Of a stretch of DNA of 44,753 bases, positions 1 to 9,192 are shown piece after piece; the stretch's first letter is position 1; every line of letters starts with the position of its first letter. The stretch is from a virus (taxonomy: Duplodnaviria > Heunggongvirae > Uroviricota > Caudoviricetes). Made by a program: the position numbers and the translations under genes. Location: the IMG/VR virus record IMGVR_UViG_2917860307_000001, positions 1-44,753 of that record, one strand, 5' to 3'. The notes under the pieces are model-generated. The model saw only the letters and a program-made list of their open reading frames with translations, was not told the DNA's origin and ran no database searches.

Positions 1-474
1 ATGTACAGCCCGGTACAAATAGCCAATAAATTCATAACGTTGGGAAACCAACATCATAATCCTCTGACCCACATGCAACTGCAGAAGCTTACTTATATTG
101 CCCATGGTTACTATTTAGCATTAACAGGTAAGCCTTTGCTCAACGAATGTGTCTCTGCGTGGAAGTACGGTCCGGTTATTCCCGGAATGTACGATGCTTT
201 CAAAGATTATGGGAATAAGCCTGTTACGAATGTAGCAGTAGCTCCTTTTGGTGGCATTGTTACTATGGATCCGCAAGCAGAGAGCATTATAGGGGCTGTT
301 TATAAATTTTACGGCTCGAAAAATGGAATTGAGTTATCAACTCTAACTCATATGCCAGGTACGCCTTGGTCACAAACTTATAATGGTATTGGCTCGTCAA
401 TCATCCCAGATGATGCGATCAAGACTTATTATCATGATTTATTGAATAACCGACAGCAATGTCAGGGCCTCTGA
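1..474 (+). CDS. Panacea/DUF4065-like protein (SocA/GepA-like), putative antitoxin
   Basis: ORF beginning at window position 1 (ATG); N-terminal pattern YSPVQIANKFITLG...LTHMQLQKLTYIAHGYYLA resembles DUF4065/Panacea proteins; low-GC region; could extend upstream of the window. Confidence 0.5.
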   Translation: MYSPVQIANKFITLGNQHHNPLTHMQLQKLTYIAHGYYLALTGKPLLNECVSAWKYGPVIPGMYDAFKDYGNKPVTNVAVAPFGGIVTMDPQAESIIGAVYKFYGSKNGIELSTLTHMPGTPWSQTYNGIGSSIIPDDAIKTYYHDLLNNRQQCQGL

Positions 475-496
475 AAAAGTAATATTCAGGGATGAC

Positions 497-1045
497 ATGT
501 CTCGCAATTCAGATATCTATAAACTTATCGGAGCGGCTGCAGGTGTTGAAAATGGTCGCTCTGAAGCATCCTTAAACTATACTGACAGTCAAGAACAGGT
601 TTTTAAATCTGCATTTGAGCCGTCTAATCATGAGAGCGATGATGATTCTTCTTCAGAAAATAAAGCTATTCTGGAGGAAGAAGAGTTTGGTTCTAATACA
701 GGTGCATTGCATGAGTTTATGCAGCAGCACAGAATGGACAGTCTTCAAGCTCAGCTTGATATGCTCAAATCACAAGTACGCGATAAGATAGCTGACGCAA
801 CTGGTAAAGAAATAGACAATGAACTTCGGACAAAAATGGCATCATTCACGGTTTGGTTTATGTCGTGGTGGTGCTTATTTGTAGCCGTAATGTTTGTATC
901 GTTTCTTATTGCTCATGAAGGAAAGCCTCCAGTTGAAGCAATCGTTGCATTACTAGGTACAAGTACAATTAGCATTGTTGGTTTGGTTGGCTTCGTTGTT
1001 AGTGGATTGTTCAAATCAAGAAAAGATGGCGATAAAGAAAAATAA
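497..1045 (+). CDS. Hypothetical protein with acidic/coiled-coil N-terminus and two C-terminal transmembrane helices; putative toxin/effector partner
   Basis: 182-aa ORF 22 nt downstream of the Panacea-like gene; hydrophobic stretches FTVWFMSWWCLFVAVMFVSFLIA and AIVALLGTSTISIVGLVGFVVSGLF. Confidence 0.5.
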   Translation: MSRNSDIYKLIGAAAGVENGRSEASLNYTDSQEQVFKSAFEPSNHESDDDSSSENKAILEEEEFGSNTGALHEFMQQHRMDSLQAQLDMLKSQVRDKIADATGKEIDNELRTKMASFTVWFMSWWCLFVAVMFVSFLIAHEGKPPVEAIVALLGTSTISIVGLVGFVVSGLFKSRKDGDKEK

Positions 1046-1078
1046 CCCGTATATACACGGGTTATTCATGGTTTTAGT

Positions 1079-1351
1079 TTAGTTATATTTTTGTTTATCC
1101 GTTCTGACCTTTTCCCACTCAGCTCGTCCTTCTTCTCGTCTTTTGTCTATGTATTCCGCAAGATCCTGAATATTGATGCAACGTTTTGCTTTTTGTGATG
1201 TGCCGATGCGATATGTTGGAACAGGTAACTTACAAGCATTTGCTTTTGCTTCTGCTGTGGCTGGACTCATACCAAAGTACTTTTGGCTAACTGCTGAGAG
1301 TTCAATGTTTGGGGTATTGAATTCAGCCATCAGTAAAAACAAGGTGTTCAT
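1079..1351 (-). CDS. PrtN-family / excisionase-like DNA-binding protein
   Basis: Start chosen at MNTLFLLMAEF (ATG at 1351, GGAG RBS upstream); sequence pattern of PrtN/excisionase-like prophage proteins. Confidence 0.55.
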   Translation of the reverse strand: MNTLFLLMAEFNTPNIELSAVSQKYFGMSPATAEAKANACKLPVPTYRIGTSQKAKRCINIQDLAEYIDKRREEGRAEWEKVRTDKQKYN

Positions 1352-1387
1352 AATTTTCTCCATCAAAACCGGCTGCACCCGGGAAAA

Positions 1388-1960
1388 TCATAATTCTGTG
1401 CTGGTGGCAGGAATTAATTTCTGCCAGATAGCGGAAACATATTTTGCCTGATGACGGGCATCAGCCAGGGCGTTGTGCCGTTCGCCATCGAAAGGCATGT
1501 CCATTTTTGGGTCGAATCCGATGGAACGCCCAAGCGTAACGATCGTGCGTACATCGTGATCATTCCAGTACGCCCATGGGCAGATTTGTCCAGCTCGCTC
1601 ATAAGCTCCGCGTAAAATTACGTTGTCGAAGTTGGCTCCGTTACCCCAGACTTTTAAATATTTCGTATTGTCTGCGTGCCGATTAATGAAATGGCTCAGT
1701 TCAGAGAGTGCATCGCTGATCGACAAAGCATCATCAATACAGATTGCAGCTCGTGCTTCAGGGCTTTGTTTCAACCACCACAGGATGGTATCGCCGTCAG
1801 GTGTAGCCCCTTGCTCCATAGCACTGTCCAGGCTGACAACCGTATAGAATTCTTGTCCGATGTCTCCGGTTTCTGGGGTGAAGAACACCGCGCCAACGGA
1901 AACGATCGGTGCATCTTTATTTTTCCCCATCGTCTCAAGGTCGATCATTAAGTTGTTCAT
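1388..1960 (-). CDS. 3'-5' exonuclease (DnaQ-like fold)
   Basis: Start at MNNLMIDLETMG (ATG 1960, AGGAGGTGG RBS); DxE motif at N-terminus, H-x4-D near C-terminus; start overlaps upstream stop as ATGA. Confidence 0.6.
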   Translation of the reverse strand: MNNLMIDLETMGKNKDAPIVSVGAVFFTPETGDIGQEFYTVVSLDSAMEQGATPDGDTILWWLKQSPEARAAICIDDALSISDALSELSHFINRHADNTKYLKVWGNGANFDNVILRGAYERAGQICPWAYWNDHDVRTIVTLGRSIGFDPKMDMPFDGERHNALADARHQAKYVSAIWQKLIPATSTEL

Positions 1961-2328
1961 CACTCCACCTCCTGCTTCGGTTCTTGTATCGGCATCCATC
2001 TGATTACATCGCAATTACTTAGGTTGATGTCATCTCCAAGCCATCCTTGACCTTCAGACCAGCATTGCACGTAATACCCGCCTTCTGTGTCCACTACGCA
2101 CCACTGCGCGTCGTTCGGCATTCGCTCACTACAGCTTATCCAACCAGCCGGAGTTACCGGAGAGTTGCCAGATAGCTCGTTCAACTTGTAAGTCTGGCTT
2201 ACAGGTTCGGCTTCCAGCGAAGCTAACGCTATTTCATAAGCACGGCGCTCAATATTGTCTCGAACGTCCAGGCTCCCAATTCGCTCTTTGATTTCTTTAA
2301 TCAGTTCTTTGTCGGTAAACGTGATCAT
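1960..2328 (-). CDS. Phage hypothetical protein (DUF551-like C-terminus)
   Basis: 122-aa ORF translationally coupled to its neighbours in the leftward early operon. Confidence 0.45.
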   Translation of the reverse strand: MITFTDKELIKEIKERIGSLDVRDNIERRAYEIALASLEAEPVSQTYKLNELSGNSPVTPAGWISCSERMPNDAQWCVVDTEGGYYVQCWSEGQGWLGDDINLSNCDVIRWMPIQEPKQEVE

Positions 2329-2690
2329 TATGCTCCAGCCTCCGGTGCTTTCGGCATTACTGCCCAGTGAGTGATATTGACGTTTTCAAGGTCCCCGACC
2401 TGAAATGTCCACTGCCATTCTCCGGTTTCTTTTTGCCCCCAGGTGTACCAGAGAGAACGCCAGCCAATTAGCCAGCCTTCTCCGTTAGCATCGAATAACA
2501 AAACACTTTCATTTGCTGGTGGCAGTGCAGTTGACACTGGTATTACTTTGTTTTCCAGTGCCGCACATTTAGCTTCAAGCGCATCGAATTTACGCACCAG
2601 GTATTCAGCATCTGTTTCATTCACTTTCAGGTCTCGCGGTACACATCTCCCACGAAGAAACCCTTCCATTTCGAAAACATTCATGCGCAT
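2328..2690 (-). CDS. Phage hypothetical protein (YfdS-like, 120 aa)
   Basis: 120-aa ORF in same operon; position and size match yfdS of CPS-53-type prophages (from memory). Confidence 0.45.
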   Translation of the reverse strand: MRMNVFEMEGFLRGRCVPRDLKVNETDAEYLVRKFDALEAKCAALENKVIPVSTALPPANESVLLFDANGEGWLIGWRSLWYTWGQKETGEWQWTFQVGDLENVNITHWAVMPKAPEAGA

Positions 2691-3217
2691 TTGCGTAACT
2701 CCGATAACTCGTTAAAACGTTCCATAAACATCCCGTAGGCATGGCCCGGTGCCAGTGGAATCACTTTGAACATATCTGTTGCCGGGATACCTTCCAGTAC
2801 AGGCCAGAAAGAGCCATCATCAAGCCCGAGATCGCGGCGTTCGGTTGCCAGCATAATGAGATCGGCATATTTCACTGGCGTGCTCATAACCGGAGGTAAC
2901 CCGTATTTCTCACGGATTACGGCGTCTATTTTTTCTTCCATCCGTTTATAGTCAGGAAGAAGGCGTTTCAGTGGTGCGGGGATGTCCTGGCAATACGCTT
3001 CTGTTGCATCATGCATTAACGCTTCAAAAGCAAATTCCTGCGGCACCAGCTGGCTGCAAAGCACCGCATGTTGGGCGACGCTGTAGAAGTGAGAAAGATG
3101 ACCGGCAAAGCGGCAGATATTTGAAAGGGAAACCGCGATATCGTTAATAACGATGTCGTCTTTATTTATCTTGTCATAATAAAAATGCTTCCCGGAAAAA
3201 GTTTTAATAAATGACAT
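2681..3217 (-). CDS. yfdR: HD-domain 5'-deoxynucleotidase (YfdR-like)
   Basis: Start at MSFIKTF (ATG 3217, GGAG RBS) gives 178 aa; HD motif (LSHFYSVAQHAVL...MHDATEAY); matches K-12 YfdR size and family from memory. Confidence 0.65.
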   Translation of the reverse strand: MSFIKTFSGKHFYYDKINKDDIVINDIAVSLSNICRFAGHLSHFYSVAQHAVLCSQLVPQEFAFEALMHDATEAYCQDIPAPLKRLLPDYKRMEEKIDAVIREKYGLPPVMSTPVKYADLIMLATERRDLGLDDGSFWPVLEGIPATDMFKVIPLAPGHAYGMFMERFNELSELRKCA

Positions 3218-3345
3218 TTCGTTCTCCACTTTATATGCGCTGCACCGCGCTGAATTTTGGTAAAAGGAAGCCCTCACCATCCGGCGATTATTGAGTAAAT
3301 TATGTTTCCATAAATGCCCCCGCAGGGGCATTTGCAGTAATGAAA

Positions 3346-4170
3346 TCAGGCGGTGAAAGTACCAATAAAGGTTTCTACTTTGCTGTCTTTGAATTTCTCA
3401 ACAAGCAGATCACGAAATTCGTTAGCCATTTCTTCCTGCACCGCTTCCAGCTGAATAATGCGCAGAACCAGTACAGGACGATCGCCAGTGATAATGCTGA
3501 GGCGTAATTTAAACGGACGTTCTTTCAGGCCTTCAAACGGAACGCATTTAAATTCAAATGCCACTGGCATAATGTCTTTGGTTTTCGCTTCGACAGACTC
3601 CATCAGGGAGCGTTTGCCGCTGAAGTCATTATCTTCAAAATCAGCGGTCTGGTTTGCTTCAATCGTGATTTTACGGACCGCCGCAGCCGCTTTTGTTGCC
3701 TGAATAGCGTCACCATTAGCATCAAAGCCCACAAGATAGTCGGCCCAGTCTTCAATCCATTCTGCCAGTGACTTCTGGGAGTTACGCTCGCCGTTAACAG
3801 ACAACAGAGCAGAGAACGGTGCTGTCTTTTTCAGTTTGAGAGTGGCGGTGTTATCTGCGTGACCTGGTTCATCAATAGTACCCAGGTTAAGCACACTGAC
3901 GGCTCGCATATTATCGGCATCGATAAAGCAGCGGGTGCCTTCATCTGCAAGATCTTTAGAATAACGGGTAAAGTCATCGATGCTGGCAGTGGAAAGCGCA
4001 CCACGGAAACGGAAGCGATTTAAATTAAATTTTTCCAGATCATGAATGCGGAAATTCTCAGGCAATGCCACAGCATCGGCACCAATCTTACTGATAATTT
4101 CATTAACACCCTGAGCAGAAATAAGGGCATGGATTTGATTAATTGCGGTTGCGTCTAAGTTCTGAGACAT
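3346..4170 (-). CDS. yfdQ: YfdQ-like protein (DUF2303)
   Basis: 274-aa ORF; size and sequence character match the prophage YfdQ family (from memory). Confidence 0.55.
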   Translation of the reverse strand: MSQNLDATAINQIHALISAQGVNEIISKIGADAVALPENFRIHDLEKFNLNRFRFRGALSTASIDDFTRYSKDLADEGTRCFIDADNMRAVSVLNLGTIDEPGHADNTATLKLKKTAPFSALLSVNGERNSQKSLAEWIEDWADYLVGFDANGDAIQATKAAAAVRKITIEANQTADFEDNDFSGKRSLMESVEAKTKDIMPVAFEFKCVPFEGLKERPFKLRLSIITGDRPVLVLRIIQLEAVQEEMANEFRDLLVEKFKDSKVETFIGTFTA

Positions 4171-4235
4171 AATAAGTCCTCACTATATAAAGATATTCAG
4201 TGATGAGATAAATAATCAGTTTATTAAGAACGATA

Positions 4236-4598
4236 TTAACGACCTGCTGCGCGGAGTTTTCCGTCAGGCTCACCGGCAAGAGTCAGTAATTGTCCTTGGT
4301 CTTCCTGCAGAATAGTCAGGCGACCACCGCGATTGACATACATCGGCGTTTCGGTGGTGTCTTCTTCGGAAATTTTCCCGCGGTTAGTCGGGCGAACATA
4401 TGAGAGTTTGTGTTTGATTTTCACACGGTTCTCATCAAACGGTTCGATTTCCAGGTTGAGTGAGACCTTACCTTTGGTTTTCGTGTTCATCACACCGGAA
4501 GCGACTTCACTGAGAACTGCGCCGATTTTGGTTTCAAATACGCCGCCGTCCAGCTCCCCGATAAATGCCTGCACATCAGTACTGCGTTCGCTAGCCAT
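4236..4598 (-). CDS. YfdP-like hypothetical protein
   Basis: Start at MASERSTDVQ (ATG 4598, GAGGAG RBS) gives 120 aa; first gene of the leftward early operon. Confidence 0.5.
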   Translation of the reverse strand: MASERSTDVQAFIGELDGGVFETKIGAVLSEVASGVMNTKTKGKVSLNLEIEPFDENRVKIKHKLSYVRPTNRGKISEEDTTETPMYVNRGGRLTILQEDQGQLLTLAGEPDGKLRAAGR

Positions 4599-4646
4599 TT
4601 TGCTGCTCCTCATCATATCGACCCTGCAAGGTCGGTTAGTTTCTCC

Positions 4647-4746
4647 ACAAAACAGAGAAGAACACCTGCGGTGACAGCCGCCCGGATGGATTGGGTTATG
4701 AGCCCGTCGTCCGGTGATGCTCTTCTCTGTTTTGTAAAAAGAGCGG
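4647..4746 (-). promoter_or_regulatory. Early-left leader element: boxA-like CGCTCTTTTTA followed by an 18-bp-stem hairpin (arms 4647-4664 and 4718-4735)
   Basis: Read on the minus strand: GGTACCGCTCTTTTTAC then a 17/18 complementary inverted repeat enclosing about 53 nt, ending about 50 nt upstream of the first early-left gene. Confidence 0.3.
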
Positions 4747-5230
4747 TACCAGCCGGAAGCAAGTGTACAAACTGGTACCGCCAAAGCAGTGGCTGTTGTG
4801 GCGGGATTGTCACTCAGGCGTATGGTCAGCCTGACAATCCGGTGTCCTCAACGGGGAAAGAGTAACCCCGCCATACTTACCGCCGCGCCATTTCGCGGAT
4901 TACCACAACGCTGAGAGCACTTAGCCAGTTACGGCACCACACTTTGTCGCGGCTCCATAAATGCTCTTATCGTTGCACCCTGGTCTCTTCCCAGGCGTCA
5001 AACCGAATCGCCACGCTGGTTAGGCGTCTTATCAGCATCATCATTGACTTGCACATTCCGGCTACCTGGTTTGTTTGCCCGAGCAAGGAGTGGATTGTCC
5101 CCTTTAACGTCCCCAGACCGCTAACGACGCATGTGCCATACGCCGTGTTACAACCAAATTTTGTTTGAATCTTGCCTGTTGCATGTTTCTTTTGGATACA
5201 TTATGTATCTCAAAGGTACATTGTCAAGTA

Positions 5231-5254
5231 TAAAAAAACCTGCCGAAGCAGGTT
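5231..5254 (-). terminator. Rho-independent terminator downstream of cI
   Basis: Hairpin AACCTGC-CGAA-GCAGGTT followed by a T-run on the minus strand, 13 nt past the cI stop. Confidence 0.55.
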
Positions 5255-5266
5255 CATAAATATTGA

Positions 5267-5941
5267 TTAGGCCTTTATTTTGTATCTTCTTGGTTTTCCC
5301 GAGAAAATCACTGTACCAATTATAGAGCAATTACCGTTGATCTTAATGTAAGGTTCAGGCCAGTTTGGGTTTAATGCTTTGAGGTAACGCTGTGTTCCAT
5401 CTTCTATCAACCGCTTGAAGGTGGTTTCGCCTGTATCGTGCATCAATGCAATAACGTCGTCACCGTGGCAGGCAGGGACTTCAGGATCAACAAAAATCAT
5501 GTCTCCCGGGCGGTACTCATCAATCATTGAATCACCAATCACCCGCAAGATATAAGTCATTTCGCCACAGGGTACAGGGCAGGGATAAGTTTCTGCTGTG
5601 CTCAAATCAACCTCAGAATAGCCAACTTCTTTCCATGCTCCGGCCTGTACCCATGATATGACAGGGACTAACGTTATTTGTTTGTTAGTGATTGAAACAT
5701 CAGGTTTTTTTGTGATGTTCGTTGTCTGGTGTTCTTGATCAAGCCATCCGACAGGCAGGTCGAAACATTTTTCGATGTGCCGTGCCATGCTGTCACCGAT
5801 ATTTTTAGTTGCACCATCTCCCATAAACCTGCTGGTCTGGGTTGGCTCGCGATCAATCATGGTGGCAAAGGAAGAATTCCCGCCAACACCATCTCTCAGT
5901 TTTCTGGCGTTAGACCGCCGGATGTCATGGACTGTTTTCAT
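5267..5941 (-). CDS. cI: CI-like repressor (HTH plus S24 LexA-like peptidase domain)
   Basis: 224 aa; N-terminal HTH region, C-terminal GDSM...catalytic-type motif; divergent from cro-like gene. Confidence 0.8.
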   Translation of the reverse strand: MKTVHDIRRSNARKLRDGVGGNSSFATMIDREPTQTSRFMGDGATKNIGDSMARHIEKCFDLPVGWLDQEHQTTNITKKPDVSITNKQITLVPVISWVQAGAWKEVGYSEVDLSTAETYPCPVPCGEMTYILRVIGDSMIDEYRPGDMIFVDPEVPACHGDDVIALMHDTGETTFKRLIEDGTQRYLKALNPNWPEPYIKINGNCSIIGTVIFSGKPRRYKIKA

Positions 5942-5956
5942 AATGAAATTAAAACC

Positions 5957-6026
5957 CTTGTACCGTTAAGGTACAAGTATCTTGAAGGTTCATTTTAATC
6001 ATGTAATATGTACATCGGAGGTACAT
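5957..6026. promoter_or_regulatory. Immunity operator/promoter region (OR-like) between cI and cro
   Basis: Inverted repeats CTTGTACC-N5-GGTACAAG (5957-5977) and ATGTAC-N7-GTACAT (6008-6026); candidate -35 TTGAAG and -10 TAATAT for rightward transcription. Confidence 0.45.
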
Positions 6027-6031
6027 ATTGT

Positions 6032-6232
6032 ATGAAAGCGTATTGGGACTCTTTAACCAAAGAACAGCAGGGCGAGTTGGCCGGAAAAGTTGGCTCAACA
6101 CCAGGCTACTTACGGCTGGTTTTCAATGGTTATAAAAAAGCCAGTTTTGTGCTGGCTAAAAAACTTGAGCAATGCACGTCAGGTGCAATTACGAAATCTG
6201 ACTTAAGACCGGATATCTATCCGAAAGATTAA
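6032..6232 (+). CDS. cro: Cro-like transcriptional regulator (YdaS-like)
   Basis: Start at MKAYWDSL (ATG 6032, GGAGGT RBS); 66 aa; divergent to cI. Confidence 0.6.
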   Translation: MKAYWDSLTKEQQGELAGKVGSTPGYLRLVFNGYKKASFVLAKKLEQCTSGAITKSDLRPDIYPKD

Positions 6233-6263
6233 CAGAACACCTTCAATTTTTAACCACAGAACG

Positions 6264-6827
6264 ATGAGGCTAACCGTGGGTAAGCATCACTGGAAAGTAG
6301 AAAAACAGCCTGAGTGGTACGTGAAAGCTGTCAGAAAAACTATCGCGGCGTTGCCGGGGGGGTACGCTGAAGCTGCTGAGTGGCTGGATGTAACAGAGAA
6401 CGCTTTATTCAACCGCCTTCGTGCAGATGGCGATCAGATTTTCCCGCTGGGATGGGCAATGATTTTACAGCGCGCGGCTGGCACTCACTACATTGCGGAT
6501 GCTGTCGCACAGTCTGCTGGTGGGGTGTTTGTATCGCTTCCTGAAATTGAGGAAGTGGAGAACGCCGATATAAACCAGCGCCTGCTGGAAGTCATCGAAC
6601 AGATCGGGAGTTACTCAAAGCAGATTCGTTCGGCAATCGAAGATGGGGTAGTGGAGCCACACGAGCAGACAGCAATTAATGATGAGTTGTATCTGTCAAT
6701 TTCGAAGCTCCAGGAGCATGCAGCACTGGTCTACAAAATCTTTTGCGCTCCAGAAAAGAGTGACGCCCGCGAGTGTGCAGCTCCGGGCGTCGTGGCGTTT
6801 TGTGTCTGTGGAGAAACTAACGCATGA
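6264..6827 (+). CDS. CII-like / YdaT-family regulatory protein
   Basis: 187-aa ORF immediately after cro; family call tentative. Confidence 0.45.
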   Translation: MRLTVGKHHWKVEKQPEWYVKAVRKTIAALPGGYAEAAEWLDVTENALFNRLRADGDQIFPLGWAMILQRAAGTHYIADAVAQSAGGVFVSLPEIEEVENADINQRLLEVIEQIGSYSKQIRSAIEDGVVEPHEQTAINDELYLSISKLQEHAALVYKIFCAPEKSDARECAAPGVVAFCVCGETNA

Positions 6828-7660
6828 ACAGTTTAACGGCAAATAACCGTTTGTCGCAACAGCAGGTGGTCAGCGTCGCTGAACACCTGTTGTTACGGCA
6901 TGAATGCAGATTACCAAATCACCTGGCTGTAAGTAACCACAGAGAACTTTACCTGACTGTGGGGGGCGAGTTGTGCAGGAACTTAACCGCTGGTTTCGTG
7001 ACGGAAGAGGGCTTTATGTCCATGTTATTCGTTGGGAGCCAGAAACACAGCGCGTTATCTATCTTCGCAAAGACTACCCGCATGAGTGTTTTAGTCCTTT
7101 GTGGAAATTCAGGCGTGATTTTGTTGAGTGTGAAGGACCACCAGCACATTGATTCTGCCATTCCGGGACGTTACACTGTTCAGGCACCTTATAAAGCGGG
7201 TGCCGGGATTGGCGTCCTGGAAATGTTATCGGCGATATATGACGCGCCAGCGTCTTTTTTATCGTCTGCGTCTGCGCACACCCAAATTATGGTGGGCTGG
7301 ACGGGGGCACCGAAAGGTGCGCCGGTTTCCGATAACGCCGGTTACGCCAACCCCGTTCAGTTCACCACCAGCGAAATTGGCGTTTCCGGTGGTGAAGGTA
7401 ATTCACTGTTATCGGAGGCTGCCATCATGGCTACTGTCCCAGCCCTCTCTCGTCTGAATGATGAAGACTTACATAAACTCAGTTATGTAACAACTGCACT
7501 ACGTGCTCTGCGCAAGGTAACTCTTTCGGATCCGCAGGCGCATCAGGTTCTGGTAGAAACCCTTCTTAACTTGCAGGCTGAACGTATTCGTCTGGCGGAT
7601 AAGGCTAATTTTCATATTCACCGTCTCCTGAATATCAGCGGAGGGCATCGTCATGCTTAA
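6824..7660 (+). CDS. Hypothetical protein (possibly YdaU-like); frame integrity uncertain
   Basis: 278-aa ORF; a protein-like 59-codon alternative-frame ORF (6973-7152) begins at a G6 run at 6961-6966. Confidence 0.35.
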   Translation: MNSLTANNRLSQQQVVSVAEHLLLRHECRLPNHLAVSNHRELYLTVGGELCRNLTAGFVTEEGFMSMLFVGSQKHSALSIFAKTTRMSVLVLCGNSGVILLSVKDHQHIDSAIPGRYTVQAPYKAGAGIGVLEMLSAIYDAPASFLSSASAHTQIMVGWTGAPKGAPVSDNAGYANPVQFTTSEIGVSGGEGNSLLSEAAIMATVPALSRLNDEDLHKLSYVTTALRALRKVTLSDPQAHQVLVETLLNLQAERIRLADKANFHIHRLLNISGGHRHA

Positions 7661-7889
7661 TCCGTTGATCCTCAATATTTGCCGTTTGCTTCAGCGTAAA
7701 AAAACATCAATTCCTACAGTTGGGCAGTGGTACACCACGCCTGCAGGGCATGTTCTACGTGTTAGCCTGGTTGACCGTGAATGTCAGAAGGTGATTTGTG
7801 AACCGCTGGGCCGTAATTACCGAGTCAGTATGCCGCTTATAGCCTTTTGCTCCGGAAAAAACATGAAGCATCTCGGAGGTGCAGCATGA
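7653..7889 (+). CDS. Hypothetical protein
   Basis: 78-aa ORF in the rightward early operon. Confidence 0.3.
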   Translation: MLNPLILNICRLLQRKKTSIPTVGQWYTTPAGHVLRVSLVDRECQKVICEPLGRNYRVSMPLIAFCSGKNMKHLGGAA

Positions 7890-8704
7890 GTATGGAGCTG
7901 ATGGTTAAAGCGATGAAAATTCGAGTGGGTAATCCATTGCGAAAACTGGTTCTGATCAAGCTGGCTGATAATGCCAGCGATCAGGGTGAGTGCTGGCCCA
8001 GCTACCAGCATATTGCTGACCAGTGCGAGATTAGCAAACGTTCTGTGATGAATCATATTGCGGCCCTTTGTGAGTCCGGGCTGGTAAAAAAAGTCACCCG
8101 GAAAGGTGAAAAAGGTAACTCAAGTAATATCTATCTCCTTCATCTGGATGGTGCAGGAGATTCACTAGGGGGTAGTGCAAATAATTCACTATCTGGTGCA
8201 GCAAATTCACCAGGTAGTGCAGGAGTTGCACCAGGGGGTAGTGCAGGAGATTCACCCAGAACCAGTCACTCTTTTGAACCAGTCAAAGAACCAGTCAATG
8301 AACCAATAGCTGTTGGTGAATCTGCTGATGAGTCTGTGCGGGTTCGTTCAAACCGACCGGAATACTCTCCGGAGTTTGAACAGGCATGGCTGGCATATCC
8401 CAAACGTGCTGGTGGCAATTCAAAATCTGCAGCCTTCAAAGCCTGGAAAGCCCGTTTGAATGAGGGGGTAAACCCCGAAACCATGCTGGAAGGTGTGAAA
8501 CGCTACGCGGGCTGGATATCTGCGATGGGTAACAGCGGCACACAATTTGTTAAACAGGCTGTCACGTTCTTTGGTCCGGATCGTCATTTCGAAGAATCCT
8601 GGGAAGTTCCTGCGGTATCGGCAGCCAGATGCGAAGACCCGTACTTCAAAGCCAGTTACAACAATGTGGACTACAGCCAGATCCCGGCAGGATTCAGGGG
8701 GTGA
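7886..8704 (+). CDS. Phage replication initiation protein (N-terminal HTH, Gly/Ser-rich linker)
   Basis: Start at MSMELMVKAMK (ATG 7886, GGAGGTG RBS); N-terminal helix-turn-helix resembling phage replication proteins; imperfect DNA repeats encode the GS linker. Confidence 0.6.
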   Translation: MSMELMVKAMKIRVGNPLRKLVLIKLADNASDQGECWPSYQHIADQCEISKRSVMNHIAALCESGLVKKVTRKGEKGNSSNIYLLHLDGAGDSLGGSANNSLSGAANSPGSAGVAPGGSAGDSPRTSHSFEPVKEPVNEPIAVGESADESVRVRSNRPEYSPEFEQAWLAYPKRAGGNSKSAAFKAWKARLNEGVNPETMLEGVKRYAGWISAMGNSGTQFVKQAVTFFGPDRHFEESWEVPAVSAARCEDPYFKASYNNVDYSQIPAGFRG

Positions 8705-8706
8705 GC

Positions 8707-9192
8707 ATGAGCCTGATGAGTGAGATTCAAAAATTCATTGAAAGCAATCCTGGATGTACGACCGGTGATATTGCGAATGCGTTTGCATACTTTCCACGTC
8801 CCCGTGTACTGAATACGACCCGTAAGTTACGCCAGTGCAGACGTGTCGCTTATCGCAGTGAAGGCAAAACACACAGGCATTTTTCTCGCAAGGCTGTGTT
8901 GCCACCTGAGCCGGTGCTGAAGCATATGAGTGTGGCCAGTAAAAGCTACGTCGGCACTAATGATCAGCGGGTGATTTTGCGCCTGATTCAGCAGGCAGAA
9001 GATCTGGAGTCCAGAGGTTTATTCCGTCGTGCTGCAACGGTGTGGATGGAGGCATTCCGTGAAAGCCACTCCCAGTCAGAACGAAACAATTTTCTGGCGC
9101 GCGTGAGCGGTGCTTACGGAAAAGCAGCAAGCGCGCTGTATCGGGTGATGAGTGGTATCTGTCAGGGAATTACGTGGGGGCTTAATGAGTAA
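8707..9192 (+). CDS. PerC-family-like regulator / hypothetical protein
   Basis: Start ATG 8707; C-terminal motif LESRGLFRRAATVWMEAFRESHSQSERNNF resembles PerC-like activators. Confidence 0.4.
   Translation: MSLMSEIQKFIESNPGCTTGDIANAFAYFPRPRVLNTTRKLRQCRRVAYRSEGKTHRHFSRKAVLPPEPVLKHMSVASKSYVGTNDQRVILRLIQQAEDLESRGLFRRAATVWMEAFRESHSQSERNNFLARVSGAYGKAASALYRVMSGICQGITWGLNE

Noticed and set aside
4600-5260. Possible N-like antiterminator gene or tRNA in the cI to early-left gap
   Set aside because: The only ORFs of 60 aa or more (4613-4813 minus, 4944-5168 plus) lack an arginine-rich motif and RBS; no tRNA-like T-arm motif seen by eye; left as a regulatory or structured-RNA region
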